A stretch of 64,000 bases of DNA from Octopus vulgaris (Eukaryota). Under the pieces are notes generated by a model, which searched no databases, was not told where the DNA came from, and was given only the letters and a program-made list of their open reading frames with translations. The stretch spans positions 72,478,001 to 72,542,000 of the forward strand of contig OX597816.1 in the NCBI GenBank assembly GCA_951406725.2, written 5' to 3'. The translations under genes and the position numbers were made by a program. Shown in pieces: positions 42,938 through 57,060 of this stretch (position 1 is its first letter; the number at the start of each line of letters is the position of its first letter).

Positions 42938-44912
42938 GGTTCCGGTCGTCTGTGTTCTTCACTCACCTGTTGAAGTCGTCACGCTGGTGTGCAGCGGACG
43001 AAAGTTGAATTGAAAGACGCTCTACCATAAGGTAAGACTTTTTGCTCTTTGAGTCCAGTAGGATTTGTTGCCTATAGGTTTTATTTTTGTTTTGTACAAG
43101 CAAGGAGTCCTTACTGGATTCGGAGCTTTTTGTCTGCCGCGGTAGAGACGGTTGTGTGTTTTCTCACATAATTGTGAGAATTTCTTCGTGGAGTTTACTT
43201 CAAATTGTTTTTGAGAATTTAATTCTCTGTGCCTATGTGGATTATACAAAGGATTGGCTAGGAGTACCTTTCGGCCGAAAATTATTTTCTTTGCCATTAT
43301 TTGAACTCTTCTTCATACCTATCATTTAGTTTAAAACAAAAACTTTATTGAACTGTTATTTTTATTTTTTTCTTCCTTTCTGTTGAGTCTTTCTTTCTTT
43401 TTTGTGTATCTTTCTTTATTTTAAAATCTGTTGTGAACTTTATTTGGACTTTGTGTTGAAATGGCAAACGAATTATTAGTGTGGGAATTGACACCTCCCA
43501 AGACATGGCTCGAAGAGTTCGAAAGGAAGACGGTGGTATTGAGGACTTATTCAAAGTCGCTCGATACCATAACCGTCTTCCCGAAAGCCACAATTCTGAA
43601 AGAGCTGGCAGAATACATGCCAGCCATTAAATTTATTTCACGGGGAGTCAAATATGCAACGATCTAGTTGCTATTTGACTCCCCCCAAGAAGCTTGCGAA
43701 TTTGCAAGCCGGCCCCTGGTAATGAAATTATGTTCCTTCCCATTTATTGTGGGAAGAAGTTGACGAGGGCTTGGGTCTGCGGTTTGCCACCCGGAATTGA
43801 GCCCGAGTTGATAGAGGATTCTATCCGCCGGGGTCTGGGTGGTAGCAGTACCAAGCTGCTCAACGTAAAAATTTTGCCTGCGGCTGATTGGGAGGGGTCA
43901 AAAGCTGTTTTGACCCTATAGACCCAATCAGCCGAAAATCTGGTTTTCCCAGAATTTTTGAGGATGGCCTGGTTTAGGTATCCGGTGATGCTCGAGGGAT
44001 ACTCCCCAAGTGTCACCTGTGCTTAGAAACCGCCCACATCAAGAAAAACTGCCCCAGGGACCAAAATAGAGCCCTGGAGCAGTTAATAGAGGCATCACTC
44101 CCTGCTCCCTCAATGGAGGGAGAGAAGGAGGAGGATGTCGAGGAAGTGGAAACCTCCTCGAAAAAACGAAAGCGAAAGGTGGGCAACAATGGACCCGAGG
44201 GCTGCGGGAGGAAGGCAGGAGCTGCTGGACACAGCAAAGGAACACCCCCGCCCGCGGTCCAAGGGAAAAAGAAAAGAAAAATGAGGCAATGTCGGCGGGT
44301 TGTGACACGCTGCCGGCGTGTCCCGATGCTCCTTCGGCGGGTGTGCCGCTGGAGGAGGAATTTGTGGTCCTCTTCCACATTGCAAAGTGTAATTAGAAAA
44401 ATTGAAAGGAAGGGCCGGTGGGAGGGGCTTCTGTCCTGTACGGAGGACCCTGAGTGGCCTTCTCAGGTGACTGCGGAGGTCGTATGGGAGACCGATCTGT
44501 GCAGGATAATGAACTCCTTCCCGGCGGACTCCTTCAGATTTATGATGAAACATTCAAGTTTGAAACAGACCAGGTGCTTCAATGAAGCGAGGAGCCTGGT
44601 CGGACAGAAAAGTTGAAGTGTTGGACGTTTGTGTAAGAGGTATATTACCTCAAAAAGACTGTTTATAGTAAAAAGTAAGAGGATTATTGCCTCGTGTGTG
44701 TTTTGTTACTGAACTATGTAAGATGTTTATCGCCTCATTGTGCTTAAAAAAGAAAAAAAACAACGATGTTTTAAAGAAGCGAAATTCGGCGGGCGCTTTT
44801 CGTCTTCTCCCATCCTTATCATCCTTGTATCATTATCATTCATCCCATTAATGTTTGTGTCCAGCCGCAAGCTTCTCTCTGTGTGCTGTCCTTGTGGAAA
44901 TTTAATGAAAGA
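42938..44912 (+). mobile_element. ORF1-only L1/Tx1-like retroposon (HAL1-like), inserted in a SINE head
   Basis: Imperfect 15-bp TSD aagaaacttacttcc (42923-42937) / aagaagcttgcttcc (44913-44927). About 520 bp 5' UTR, decayed ORF1, ~300 bp 3' UTR, no ORF2. Confidence 0.72.
43461..44616 (+). pseudogene. Decayed L1/Tx1-type ORF1 (gag-like, CCHC zinc knuckle)
   Basis: Frames can be joined across stops and frameshifts: MANELLVWEL..., TRAWVCGLPPGIEPELI, RYPVMLEGYSP, then CHLCLETAHIKKNCP (CX2CX4HX4C, 44011-44055), followed by an acidic/basic KKRKRK tail. Confidence 0.75.
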
Positions 44913-45067
44913 AAGAAGCTTGCTTCCCAGCCATATGGTTCCCGGTTCAGTTCCACTGCGTGGCACCTTGGGCAGGTGTCTTCGACTCTAGCCTCGGGCC
45001 GACCAAAGTCTTGTAAGTGGATTTGGTAGACGGAAACTCAAAGAAGCACTTCATGTATATGTATATA

Positions 45068-45115
<48 letters not shown>

Positions 45116-45327
45116 TGCGTGCGTGTGTTTGTCTGTGTCTGTGTTAGTCTCGCCACCATTGCTTGACAACCGATTCTGGTGTGTTTATATCTCTGTAACT
45201 TAGCGGCTCGGCAAAAAAAACCGATAGAATAAGTACTATGCTTACAAAGAATAAGTCTTGGGGTCGATTTGTTCGAGTAAAGGCGGTGCTCCAGCATGGC
45301 CGCAGTCAAATGACTGAAATAAGTAAA

Positions 45328-45330
<3 letters not shown>
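44913..45330 (+). mobile_element. SINE family A body; its head is displaced to 42907-42937
   Basis: The consensus continues exactly where the 42907 head stops, apart from the duplicated 15 bp. Confidence 0.85.
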
Positions 45331-45359
<29 letters not shown>

Positions 45360-45595
45360 CGATCCAGGGATCGAGGTATAGGAAGAAAGTTAGCTTCAAG
45401 CAGTTCGTAGTAAATACAAATTACAACTTTCAGGGACAATAGAGCTTATTGAGATGGCAGGCAGGTTTCGGAATTTTTCGTACTGGAGTACGATGAACTG
45501 TAAAAGGGTCTTTTTATATTTCACGGTAAGCGACTAAAATGTTCGGGTTTGCGAAAAAGAATACAAGAGTTAAAGAATGGAATAAATAAGATCCG

Positions 45596-45679
45596 GGTTA
45601 CATATGTTTTATAGCGTGCGGAACCTCAGCTTTGGTAAATATCCAAGCGAGGTGTATACTGCAGTCTACTCGTCAGGCC
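45596..45679 (-). ncRNA. Degenerate hammerhead-like motif
   Basis: Minus strand: ggc-CTGACGA-gtag...internal hairpin...ctat-AAAA-catatg-TA-acc. GAAA is mutated to AAAA; same ACATATGT stem III as 42148. Confidence 0.35.
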
Positions 45680-45798
45680 AAGGGTATCTTGATTAAATGG
45701 AAGTTTGCATAGTCGAAAGTAGGTACATGTTAACACATGAAAGATTCGGTCAGAATATATACATACATACATACATACATACATACATACACACATAG

Positions 45799-45839
<41 letters not shown>

Positions 45840-45871
45840 TAAAAAATGGAGTTAACGCAGGTGTAAACAAA

Positions 45872-45966
45872 TATTTTTACTTTCGACACATGTTTCGAAA
45901 ATTCCACTGATACTATTCAAAAGAATAAATGGTATAAACAATGCAATCTTCTCTTCGGTAAAAATA
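45872..45966 (-). ncRNA. Candidate hammerhead (CCGAAGA core, long stem II)
   Basis: Minus strand: tttta-CCGAAGA-gaagatt...aattttc-GAAA-catgtg-TC-gaaag. Stem I is imperfect at the junction. Confidence 0.45.
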
Positions 45967-46279
45967 CACTCATCTATTTATATATATATTTACCGAATAT
46001 GGTCCTTTTCCATACCGAAATACTACTAGGTGAAATTTGTTGATTTTATTAAATTAATTATATTTCACCCAATATCTGACTATTTTACTCCCCTACGACA
46101 AAACTACGAATCTTTTTTTCGGCAGTACTATTTTGTGACTCACGTGGTAGAACTCTGGAGGGAAATACGAATTCACTTGTCTATGTAAATGTGGATATGC
46201 TGGCTGGCTTTTATATTTTTCGATGTCGCTTGATCGAAAATATAAGAGTTTTCCTAGCATTTCTAGATTTATGAGGAAT

Positions 46280-46338
46280 ATTATGTTGATAAAGGAAATG
46301 AACCTTACGATTCTAATCCAGAAACGTGCGTCCATAAT
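46280..46338 (+). ncRNA. Degenerate homolog of the 54855 hammerhead
   Basis: attatg-TTGATAA-agga...tcca-GAAA-cgtgcg-TC-cataat. Stem I differs in sequence but still pairs. The downstream ~170 bp is homologous to 54915-55072. Confidence 0.55.
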
Positions 46339-46529
46339 TGACCGAAGACTGTGTTAGTTCATTATTTTTCTTCTTTTTTTTTTGTTGCCATATGTGAGTT
46401 ACAAATATTGTTGTCTGTGGAGGCTTATCTTTGTAGTAAAAAGAAATAGTAGTCTTTTGGCTGCTATTTCTAAAATTTTCGGTATGTGGTTTAAGCAACT
46501 TGTTGCAAAAAAACCTTTATTATTATAAT

Positions 46530-46563
<34 letters not shown>

Positions 46564-46605
46564 TGTATGTATGTATGTATGTATGTATGTATGTATGTAT
46601 ATATG

Positions 46606-46649
<44 letters not shown>

Positions 46650-46971
46650 CATACACACACACATATATATACACATATATATACAGGTATATATATTTAC
46701 ATACATATACACATACATATGCATACATATATACATATACATACATATATATACATACATACACACACATATATATGTTTGTATGTATGTATATACATAA
46801 TTATGTATATATACATATACACACATATATATACATATATATATTTATACATATATATATATATTTATACATATATATATATAAACACACACACACATAT
46901 ATATAGTACATATATATTTATATATATAGATACACACATACATATATATACATTTTATATATATAAATTTA

Positions 46972-47014
<43 letters not shown>

Positions 47015-47036
47015 TATATATATATCTATGTGTATA

Positions 47037-47079
<43 letters not shown>

Positions 47080-47197
47080 TATATCTTTCAAGACAAGATA
47101 TATAAACCATAATCACTTTTTTTTCGTTTTGTGAAGAATCACCAGTAGAAATTATTCATTATATGAAATTTATCAAATCCTAAAATTAAATATATGT

Positions 47198-47264
<67 letters not shown>

Positions 47265-47939
47265 TGATGATGATGATAATAATAATAATAATAATAATAA
47301 TAAAACAGTGAGTCTCACAGGAGATTCTATTTCATGAATATACAACTAGTTGTATTTAGTATATATATAGCGTTCTGCTTACATTAAAAAGGAAAAAAAA
47401 ATGTTAGTGAGAAAAATATAATCTTGCTTAGTTGTAGAATAGAGTTATAATTAAATACAATTATATCAACGGAAAATTCCAGCGTATGAATATCATTTCA
47501 AGATTTTTATACATAAGAGAGAAGTCGGTCTATATCAGTGTGCTCAGTCACGCATGCGCAGATGTCTTTAGTTGTGCGTAGGCGTTAAGAAGTTCACTTT
47601 GTGGGCAAGTGGTTTCCGGTTCGTTACCCCTGTTCGGCATCTTGGGCAACTGTCTTTTACTCTAGCCCAGGGTAGACCAAAGCATTGCGAGTGTATTTGA
47701 TAGACGGAAACTGTGTGGAATCCCGTTGTATGTGTATATATATACCTACATACATATATATATATATATATATACAGGCGCCGGCGTGGCTGTATGGTAA
47801 GAAACTTGCTTCCCAACCACACGGTTCAGTCCCACTGCGTGGTACTTTGGGCAGGCGTCTTCTACTATAGCCCCGGGCTCACCAAACCCTTGTGGGTGGA
47901 TTTGGTGGACGGTAACTGAAAGAAGACTGCCGTATATAC

Positions 47940-47981
<42 letters not shown>

Positions 47982-48849
47982 AATAAAACTTTATATATAA
48001 AGAACGTGAAATTCCCGAATTGACGAACACGGAAAGCAGACAGTCATTCAGAGCCTTCATTCTTCAGTCAGAAACCGATTCATCATGGCAAATTTCGGCT
48101 GTTTAATTCTGAGATTTGCTCCAAAACGGCCAGCCCCAAGAAAAAGCTAAGCTATGGGCATTAGATTTCCTTGGTAGAAGGAAAGAATGTGACAACAGAG
48201 ACGAATAGGAAAACAAGAGACGAAGATAAAATTGGAAACAGTAACGAATAAAACCAGGAATGGTTTGAGACAAAATGGGACAAAAACAATTAATCAGCAA
48301 GCGTGGGAAGCGGTTACCTTTTCGGTAGAGATGACGTGTAGTACAGGCGGCTGTCACCAATGGAATGGCTTAGTAGCAGCAGGTTGCAAGAAGGTGAGAG
48401 AGAAAGAGAGACAGAGAGAGGGAGGATTAAGGAGGGCCGAGAAGAGAAGCAATGACCAAGAGAGAGAGAGAAAGAAAGAATTAAAGAGGATGGGAGGAAG
48501 AGGTGCCAAAATAACTTGGTAAAGAAGCGCCAAAATACCTTGGGGAAGAAGCAATGGCGAAATGGAAAAGGAAAATTTAATGTTAAAGAAGTCATGCAAT
48601 GGTGGAGATATGACAAACATAAATGGATTGGTGCACGTACGCTGCGATAGTATATGTTTGTGTGTCTGTTTGCCCCCCCCCCCGGCCACCGGCGCTTGAC
48701 AACCGATGTGGATGTGTTTATGACCCCGTAACTTAGCGGTTCGGCAATAGTGATTGATAGAATAAGTACTAGGTTTAGAAAAAAATAAGCCCCGGGGTCG
48801 ATTTGGTTGACTAAAGACGGTGCTCGGTATGGCCAAGCTGCGATAATTA

Positions 48850-48961
48850 CAAAAATATCACAAAAAACTGTGACCCAGAGTTGTGATCAAGAATCTCTAT
48901 CACAACTACTCGATAAATGCGAACATGAAACTCTGAGTAGTAGTTTTTTGTGATGTTTTTG
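48850..48961. mobile_element. Short palindromic MITE
   Basis: caaaaatatcacaaaaaact..cagagtt / aactctgag..agttttttgtgatgtttttg. Confidence 0.55.
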
Positions 48962-49070
48962 CAGGTGTGGCTGTGTGGTAGGTAGCTTGCTTAGCAACGA
49001 CATGGCTTCGGGTTCAGTCCTCAGGCCGACCAAAACCGTCATATATATATATATATATATATATATTATG

Positions 49071-49196
<126 letters not shown>

Positions 49197-49381
49197 TTAG
49201 TTATTTATTTATGTGTACACGATTGTGTGTCTGTGTTTGTCCGCCACCATCGCTTGACAACCGATGTTGGTGTGTTTACGTCCCCGTAACGTAGCACTTC
49301 AGCAAATTCAGCAAAAGAGACCGACAGAATAAGTTCTAGGCATATAAAGAATAAGTCCTGGGGTCGATTTGTTCGACTAAA

Positions 49382-49431
<50 letters not shown>

Positions 49432-50156
49432 TGCATGTGTGTGTGAGTGTGTGTGTATGGGTGAGTGCGTGTGTGTGTGTTTGTGTTTGACTCTCTCGCC
49501 ACTTGATCACAGGTACTGGTTTGTTTACGTCCTCATAACTTAACAGTTTGGCAAGCGAGCCCGATACAATAAGTGCCAGAGTTTAAAAATATCTCATAAG
49601 TACAGAGGGGTAAATTTATTCAACAAAACACTTCAATGCGCCACCCCATCATGGCCGCAGCCCAGTGACCGGGGCCAGTAAATGGTAACAGATAAAAGAT
49701 GTGGTTTATGACAGTGCGAGAAACTAATTAAGGAAATATTAAAAGAAATAATCAAGTGAGTATAATAGAATAGTATAATAGAAAATACGTTAAGACCCGT
49801 AGCTTAGTGGATATGGTGTTGCACTGGCGATTGCTAGATCGTGCGATCGAGTGACGCGTTGTGCTCTTTAACGTCGCCTTAGTCCACTCAGTTGTAAGTG
49901 GGTAACCCTGCAACGTTGAGAGCTACAAATGAGATAACCACGAGAGAGGGATCAAATGAATTAGTGACGGGGAAGGCGGAATTATGTTCCCCTCTTTAGT
50001 GTTATATATTACTCACATTCTATATATGTATATATATATATTTACATATATGTATATGTTTATGCAAACAAATCCCTATAGATATCGGTAATTAGATAAG
50101 CTCATATATGTGTGTGTGTGCGCGCGCGCGTTTGTATGTATGTATGAATGTATGTA

Positions 50157-50327
50157 TGGCTGTGTGGTATGTAGCTTGCTAACAAACCATATGGTCCTGG
50201 GTTCAGTCCCACTGCGTGTCACCTTGGGCAAGTGTCTTCTACTATAGCCTCAGGCCGATTAAAGCCTTGTGAGTGGATTTGGTAGACGGAAACTGGAAGA
50301 AGCCCGTCGTATATTTATATATATGTG

Positions 50328-50365
<38 letters not shown>

Positions 50366-50585
50366 TGCGTGTTTGTTTGTTGTTTGTGTTTGTCCCCCCA
50401 ACATCGCTTGACAACCGATGTTGGTGTGTTTATGTCCCCGTAACTTAGCGGTTCGGCAAAAGCGAACGATAGAATAAGTACTAGGGTTACAAAGAATAAG
50501 CACTGTGGTCGATTTGCTCGACTAAAAGCGGCGCTCCATTATGGCCGTAGTCAAATGACTGAAACAAGTAAAAGAATAAAAGAAT
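50157..50585 (+). mobile_element. SINE family A copy
   Basis: Collinear with the reverse complement of 23636-24040. Confidence 0.9.
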
Positions 50586-52028
50586 ATATATATATATATG
50601 TATATATTAAACATTGCAGTGGCAGTTTTACGCAGACAAAGGCTTAGATCCACATCCACACCACATACCACATACCTCACATCACAGGCCTTCTGCGTAG
50701 ATGGGAATCAACAGTGTAAAATATTTAGGTAGACTTCAATTGCAGTTTGTGAAGTGTAAAGAAAAGAGAATGTTAATAAGACACACATACACAAGTGGCT
50801 GATAATTCACTTAAGATAATTAAACAATCAAACGATCTCTTTAGGAGCGAGACCTTGCATTGTTTAATATCTTTGCTGATATTTACACATCTCTTAATGA
50901 ATTCACTCTTTTGTATAAACTTGTTAGATGTAAATCTATTCAGAAACTGATAATTATACAGTAGATTCCCTTCATTGCCCCCAACCACCTCTCCCATACC
51001 ATCCATTACCACCTGCTACCTTCTACCATCTTTACCAGTATCCTCTGTTTGCTAACACCTCCTTCGTTGGCGAAGCGGGTTTTCTATTTAGTGAATCGCC
51101 CACATTGACACTTCGCCGCGGTTTTTCGTTGACTTTCGTTGCTAAGGGAAGACGAAACCTGGATGTTAGACAAACATGGCCTTCGTTATAACAGACAACG
51201 AATTGTACAACTCACGTGCAATTATTCTATTCGCACACATCTATGTATGTGATAGATGTATATGAATATAGGTATACATACATATATATCATATATATGT
51301 ATTTTCTGTCTGTCTGTCTCTGTCTGTCCTCCCCTCTCTCTCTATCTACACACACACATATATATATATATATACATATATCGACCCCCAGTGTTTAACT
51401 GGTACTTATTTCATCGACCTCTGATAAGATGAAAAGCAAAGTCGACCTTAGCGGAATTTGGACTCATAACGTACAGACGGACGAAATAAAGCAAGGAGTT
51501 TTGTCCGACGTGCCAACGATTCTGCCCCCCAAATTTTATTTAGTTAGTTTTGAGGGAGCAACTGTTTTATCGAAAGCGTATGTTGTTGTTAAATGCTCGA
51601 AATACGAGAGTAGAAAAAAAGCCAACAACTGATGGACGGTCGTTCTTTATGTTGTTTGTTTTGTTTTCCATTTGTGCCTTTCGTTGTTCGAAAGAATAGT
51701 TCGTGTTCCATGTACTCGTGCTTCGTACTTTTCTGTTGTACACGTTTCGTGACGTCCGTGCCCACATATGCATATATATATATATATATATATCACCGTG
51801 ATCACCGTGACTGACCATGCTATCAGATGCTGTTACACAACGCCGGTCACAATGCGCTTCGCATTGTTTTAGCTTAGAAATGACGCCACACCGCTGGCTA
51901 AGCGAGCAGGCCAACAGAAGAAAGAGTGAGAGAAATGTATGGCGAAAGAGTACAGCAGGGATCGCCACCAACCCCTGCCGGAGTTTCGTGGAGCTTTTAG
52001 GTGTTTTCGCTCAATAAACACTCACAAC

Positions 52029-52070
<42 letters not shown>

Positions 52071-52951
52071 AGACAACTTATTAAATTTTCTGTAAGCATT
52101 TGAAAAACTTACCCGCAGTTATGTATCTATATGTACGTATTTACATACATACATGCATGCATACATACGTATGATGTGTATGTATGTTTGTATGTATGTA
52201 TGTATGTATGTATTCTTTTATTATTTTCATTCTTCTAGTTATTTGACTGCGACCATACTGGAGCACTACCTTAAAGGGATTTAGAAAAAAATCAACCTTA
52301 AGATTTATTGTTTGTAAGCTTAATACTTATTCTATCGGTTTCTTTTGCTGAACCGCTAAGTTACGGGGACGTAAACATCAGTTGTCATGTGATGGTGGAA
52401 GGACAAACACAGACACGAACGCACACACAGCGATATACATATACACATATATATGTACGACGGGCTTCTTTTAGTTTCCGTCTACTAAATCCACTCACAA
52501 GGCTTTGGTCGGCCTGAGGCTATAGTAGAAGACTTTGCCCAAGATGTCAAACAATGGGACTGAACCCGGAACCATGAGGTTGGTAAGCAAGCTTCTTACC
52601 ACGTAGCCACATGTATGTATGTACGTATGTATGTACGTACACCCATATACATATACAGACATACAAAATACATACACCAACGCACACACACACATTTAAG
52701 AAAATGTGCTTGCGTGTGTGGAAATATTTTTCTTATAATCTTTCAATGATGATATGTCGTATCTAAAGGTTTCATGTTTAGCATAATATAATTCTGTACG
52801 TTTTAGCTACTGTTTAGTATCATCTATAACGCTTTATATCATTTCAAATATTTTTCACTCAACTGCCAGAAACAGCTACAACCTCTCATACATACCTATA
52901 TGCCCACACACACATCGACAGACACACACACTCTCTCTCTCACTCTGTCTG

Positions 52952-53065
<114 letters not shown>

Positions 53066-54854
53066 CATACATACGTACATATATGTATATATACATATAT
53101 ATATGTATATATATATGTATGTATATATAGACATATATATTTACGTGTGCATCTGTGTGTGTGTGTGTGCATGTACGTGTGCATATGTATTCATGTATAA
53201 TGAAACGTATGAGATTTCATTTTGACCCAAAGCATTATGGACGCTGACATTCAATTTAGGATGATTGGCATCAGAAAGACTAGTGTAGTGTGAAGATAAA
53301 ACGAAGCTTAGTGAATTTCTAAGTATGTGGATAATTAATTTTAAAAGCGCGACTTTGAATTTTCAATTCATTTATTTCTTCATAGCAGGTCACGCAGATA
53401 TGCACTATAATTGTTATATAAGTACAATCATCTTATTGCTATTTCTCTATGCAAGAGAATATAAAATATCTGTAATAGTGTTCTACACTGACTCGATAAT
53501 ACTATTTCATTATTACTTTTCTCTGAAGGATCGCTTTGGTCCAATGGTAGAACGCCATTCATGCGTACAGGTAGATGTAGATTCGAATCCAATCTGCAGC
53601 TCTCGGCTTTTCTGTTTTTATTTTTATTTTTGATATAGGAGGAATTACAACCGTGTTTCGTGGTCTGCTACCACAACAGCTCCTTTATAGGATCCAGTTA
53701 GCTCAAGACATCATCAGGAGGAACCACGTCCGGTTTCGGCTCCTACTCCTCTACCGTTTTTATGTGGAGCCCCTCCCTCACTTTCGGAGGTGTCTTCAGC
53801 TCTGGTGTTGGGTGCATGTCTTCTTTCTTCTTTCTTCTGTTCCCTGGTCTCTTCGATGTACCGTCAGCGAGTGTCAGCCGGTGACTGACTGACTTGTCAA
53901 ACTTTTCCCTTTAAATACCTGCTGCTAGGCTCCAGCAGGCAGCCCCAGCAAGGGGTTTTCAATGCAATATTTACATGGAGAATGGTGAGGTGGCAGAATT
54001 GTTGGTACGCCGGGCCAAATGCGTAGCAGCATTTCGTCTGTCTTTACATTCTGAGTTCAAATTTCACAAAAGTAGTTTTTACTTTTCATTTTCGTGGGGT
54101 CGATAAAATAAAAAAAAAATTAAGTAAAGTACTAGAGGTCAATGTAATCACCCTGCTCACTCCTCAAAAATGCCAGACACTGTGCCTTTAGTAGAAAGTA
54201 TTATTACTTTGGTTGGTGCGAGGCTATAGTAGAAGACACTTGTCCAAGGTGCCATGCAGTGGGACTGAACCCGGAACCATATGGTTGGTAAGCAAGCTAC
54301 TTACCACACAGCCACAATCCCTATATGAAAAATTATGTAGTTACTGAACGGTCTAATACCTTGAGTAAAAGCGGCGAATTGTCAGATTTCGTTAACATGC
54401 CGAACAAAAGGCTTGACAACGTTTCATCTGTCTACACGTTTTGAGTTCAAATGTCACCATGGTTGACTTCGGCTTTCATCTTACCGTGGTCGATGAAATA
54501 AGTATCAGCTTATCACTGGGGTCGATGCAGTCGACTGCACCCCGCCATATCACAATTTCTAACCCTCCCAGCCTATTCATTTTTTCTATAATTTCCTTCT
54601 TTGTTCAATTAAAATTAATAATTATTTACCCTTATATTATTAATAATGGAATTTTTCACTCCCTTATGACAAACCATAGTTCTATTTCTAAGGAACTATT
54701 TTTGTGATGCACATAGTAAAATTTTGAAGGGAAAGTACGAATCCATTCGTCTATATGGATTTGGCCTATGTTGGCTATCTCATACTATCTCCGATGACGC
54801 TAGTTCGGGAAGCTGGAGGTATGTATAGCATTTGCAAAATCTATTTAACGGCAT

Positions 54855-54914
54855 GTTGCGCCGAAGAAGGAAATGAATTGATTTATAATTCTAATCCAGA
54901 AACGCGTCCGTAAC
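54855..54914 (+). ncRNA. Type I hammerhead ribozyme motif (CCGAAGA core)
   Basis: gttgcg-CCGAAGA-agga...gaatt..aattc..tcca-GAAA-cgcg-TC-cgtaac. 6-bp stem I, palindromic ACGCGT stem III, GUC cleavage triplet. Confidence 0.78.
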
Positions 54915-55076
54915 TAACCAAAGACTTTGTTTTCGTTATTTTTTCCTTCTGTTTTACATATGTGAGTCACATGTATATGTTGTATGTGGATTTATACTTG
55001 TAGAAAATAGAAATAAGTGGTCTTTGACTGCTATTTCTAATTTTTCGGTATGTGGCTAAGCAACCTGTTGCTTGCC

Positions 55077-55137
<61 letters not shown>

Positions 55138-55298
55138 GTGTGTGTGATTGTGTATAGAAGAATATATTAATAAAAGAATTCCAACCTTGTCTGATTTTCA
55201 CGTTTTATTTACAATCTTATAATGATATATTATAAGATAATATATTATAATTGAATAAAATAAAATGAAATAGTAGAATGTTAAATATTCATTCTGAT

Positions 55299-55343
55299 TG
55301 AACTAGTACTTTCATGCATTGAATTCTGCAATCTTCGGGTTCA
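55299..55343 (-). ncRNA. Mirror copy of the PLE hammerhead in the left arm
   Basis: tgaactagtactttcatgcattgaattctgcaatcttcgggttca is the exact reverse complement of 58784-58828. Confidence 0.75.
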
Positions 55344-55835
55344 TGTAGTAGTGTTGACAGTCATGCTTCACAATTTTTGACTGTAGCAAGATGAGTGATT
55401 CTGTGCTATAAATACAGCTGGTAGGCTCCAGAGTGCTAGGTTTTGCAAACTGTATTCTGACCAATCAGTGTGTAGTGTCACTCAATTACTTGCTGATTGG
55501 TTGGTTGAGCTGATTGGTTTAGGCATCACGCTTTGTTGGACAGGTCAAGAGTCCTGTATCTTGACCCTGGCCGAAGCAGCAATTGTTGGGTTATTTTTAG
55601 AAATGTTGTAAATATCCTTTGTCAGAGATTTTTATATTTTTATATTTCAATTGTCATCATCATCATTGTCAGCACCTTAATTATTGTTGCTAGTGGTGAT
55701 GGTGGTGGCAATAGAACTTTTAACCCTAAATAAGATAATTTTCCTGCTATCTTCGTCTTGATCACCTTTAGTATTGTTGTTGTTGTTAGTGGTCATGGTC
55801 GTAGCAGTGGAAGTAATACCTCTAAGTATTATTAT

Positions 55836-57060
55836 TATTGCTTATTTAGCTTGGGTTCGAATTTATCAATAAAATTCTTTTCTCTGATTTTCCTCCGATT
55901 TCACTTGGGCTGTGTAATTTGTAGAATGGAAATATTATATATATTTTCCGACCACATGTTGCTAGGTGGTTACTCAAAGGTATCTGACGGACCTCTGGGT
56001 CTCTAATCTGTTGCCGGTGTACACGTGAGCGTTCTAATAGTATTTCCCGTCTGACCTACATATATTTCTTCACAATTTGGGCATTTGATGCAGTAAATTA
56101 AATTTCTGCTTTTGCAGTTCATATTCGCGTTTGAATATTTTCCCGGTTTTTGTGTTTATATATTGACCGGTATGTATGAATTGGCATGTGCCACATCGGC
56201 TATCATTGCATTTAGATACCGTGAATGTTTGGTCTTTGTTGCTGAGGTCAAATTTTGCCTTTGTTAGTAATGTTTTCAAGTTTTTAGGCTGTCTTTTACT
56301 AAGTACCATAGCTCGATCCTTGATTATGTCTTTTAATTCATTACTTTGGGCAATGATTGGTAGGTTTGCTTTGGCAATGTTGAAGATATTCTGGTGACAT
56401 GGGTTGTGTGTCACTATGAATGGTATGACTTGTTCTTGTTTTCCTCTTCCTTGGGTTGTCCTAAGTTGTTGTATAGGTATTTTTATAGCCCGCTGTATGC
56501 CATTTTCTATAAGTAGAGATGGGTATTTTTGTTTGAGCAAAAATTCTCTTAGTTCTATTAGGCGTTTGTTCCTGATATTTGCATCTTCTACAATAGTACA
56601 AATTCTTCTGGCTAGGCAGTATGGGATGTTACGTTTTGTATGTGGTGGATGGCACGACTTAAAATTTAGGTATTGATGTGTGTCTGTGTGTTTATAGTAT
56701 ATATCTGTGGTGATGGTGGTGTCTTTTTAATTACCATTATATCCAGGAATGGTAATTTGGTACTACTCATCTCCTTTGTAAATTTGAGAGATGGGTGTAG
56801 GTTGTTCAGGAGGATATTGAACTCTTCCAGAGTATTTAGAGATTTCTGTCCAGATTATGAAACAGTCGTCTAGGTATCTCTTCCATGCCTTTTCAATATA
56901 CTTTCTAAATCCAGTGCCATAGTTTACCTCCACCTCTTGGTAGAGTTGTTCTTCTAAGTCCCATTACAGAGTTGGGTAAACGGAGCAAACCTCGTTCCCA
57001 TCGCGTGCTCTAATTTGGATGTAATTCTTTCCATTGAAGAAGAATGTGTTATTTTCTAGA
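55836..57060 (-). pseudogene. Inverted copy of the same PLE ORF with several 1-2 bp frameshifts
   Basis: Reverse complement of 57060-58289. ORF 56070..56540(-) repeats LKQKYPSLLIENG...KTGKIF. Differences are mostly small deletions. Confidence 0.88.

Noticed and set aside
53530-53603. Possible tRNA gene (tggtccaatgg / gattcgaatcc)
   Set aside because: A/B-box-like words only; acceptor and anticodon stems do not pair, so at most a decayed SINE head.
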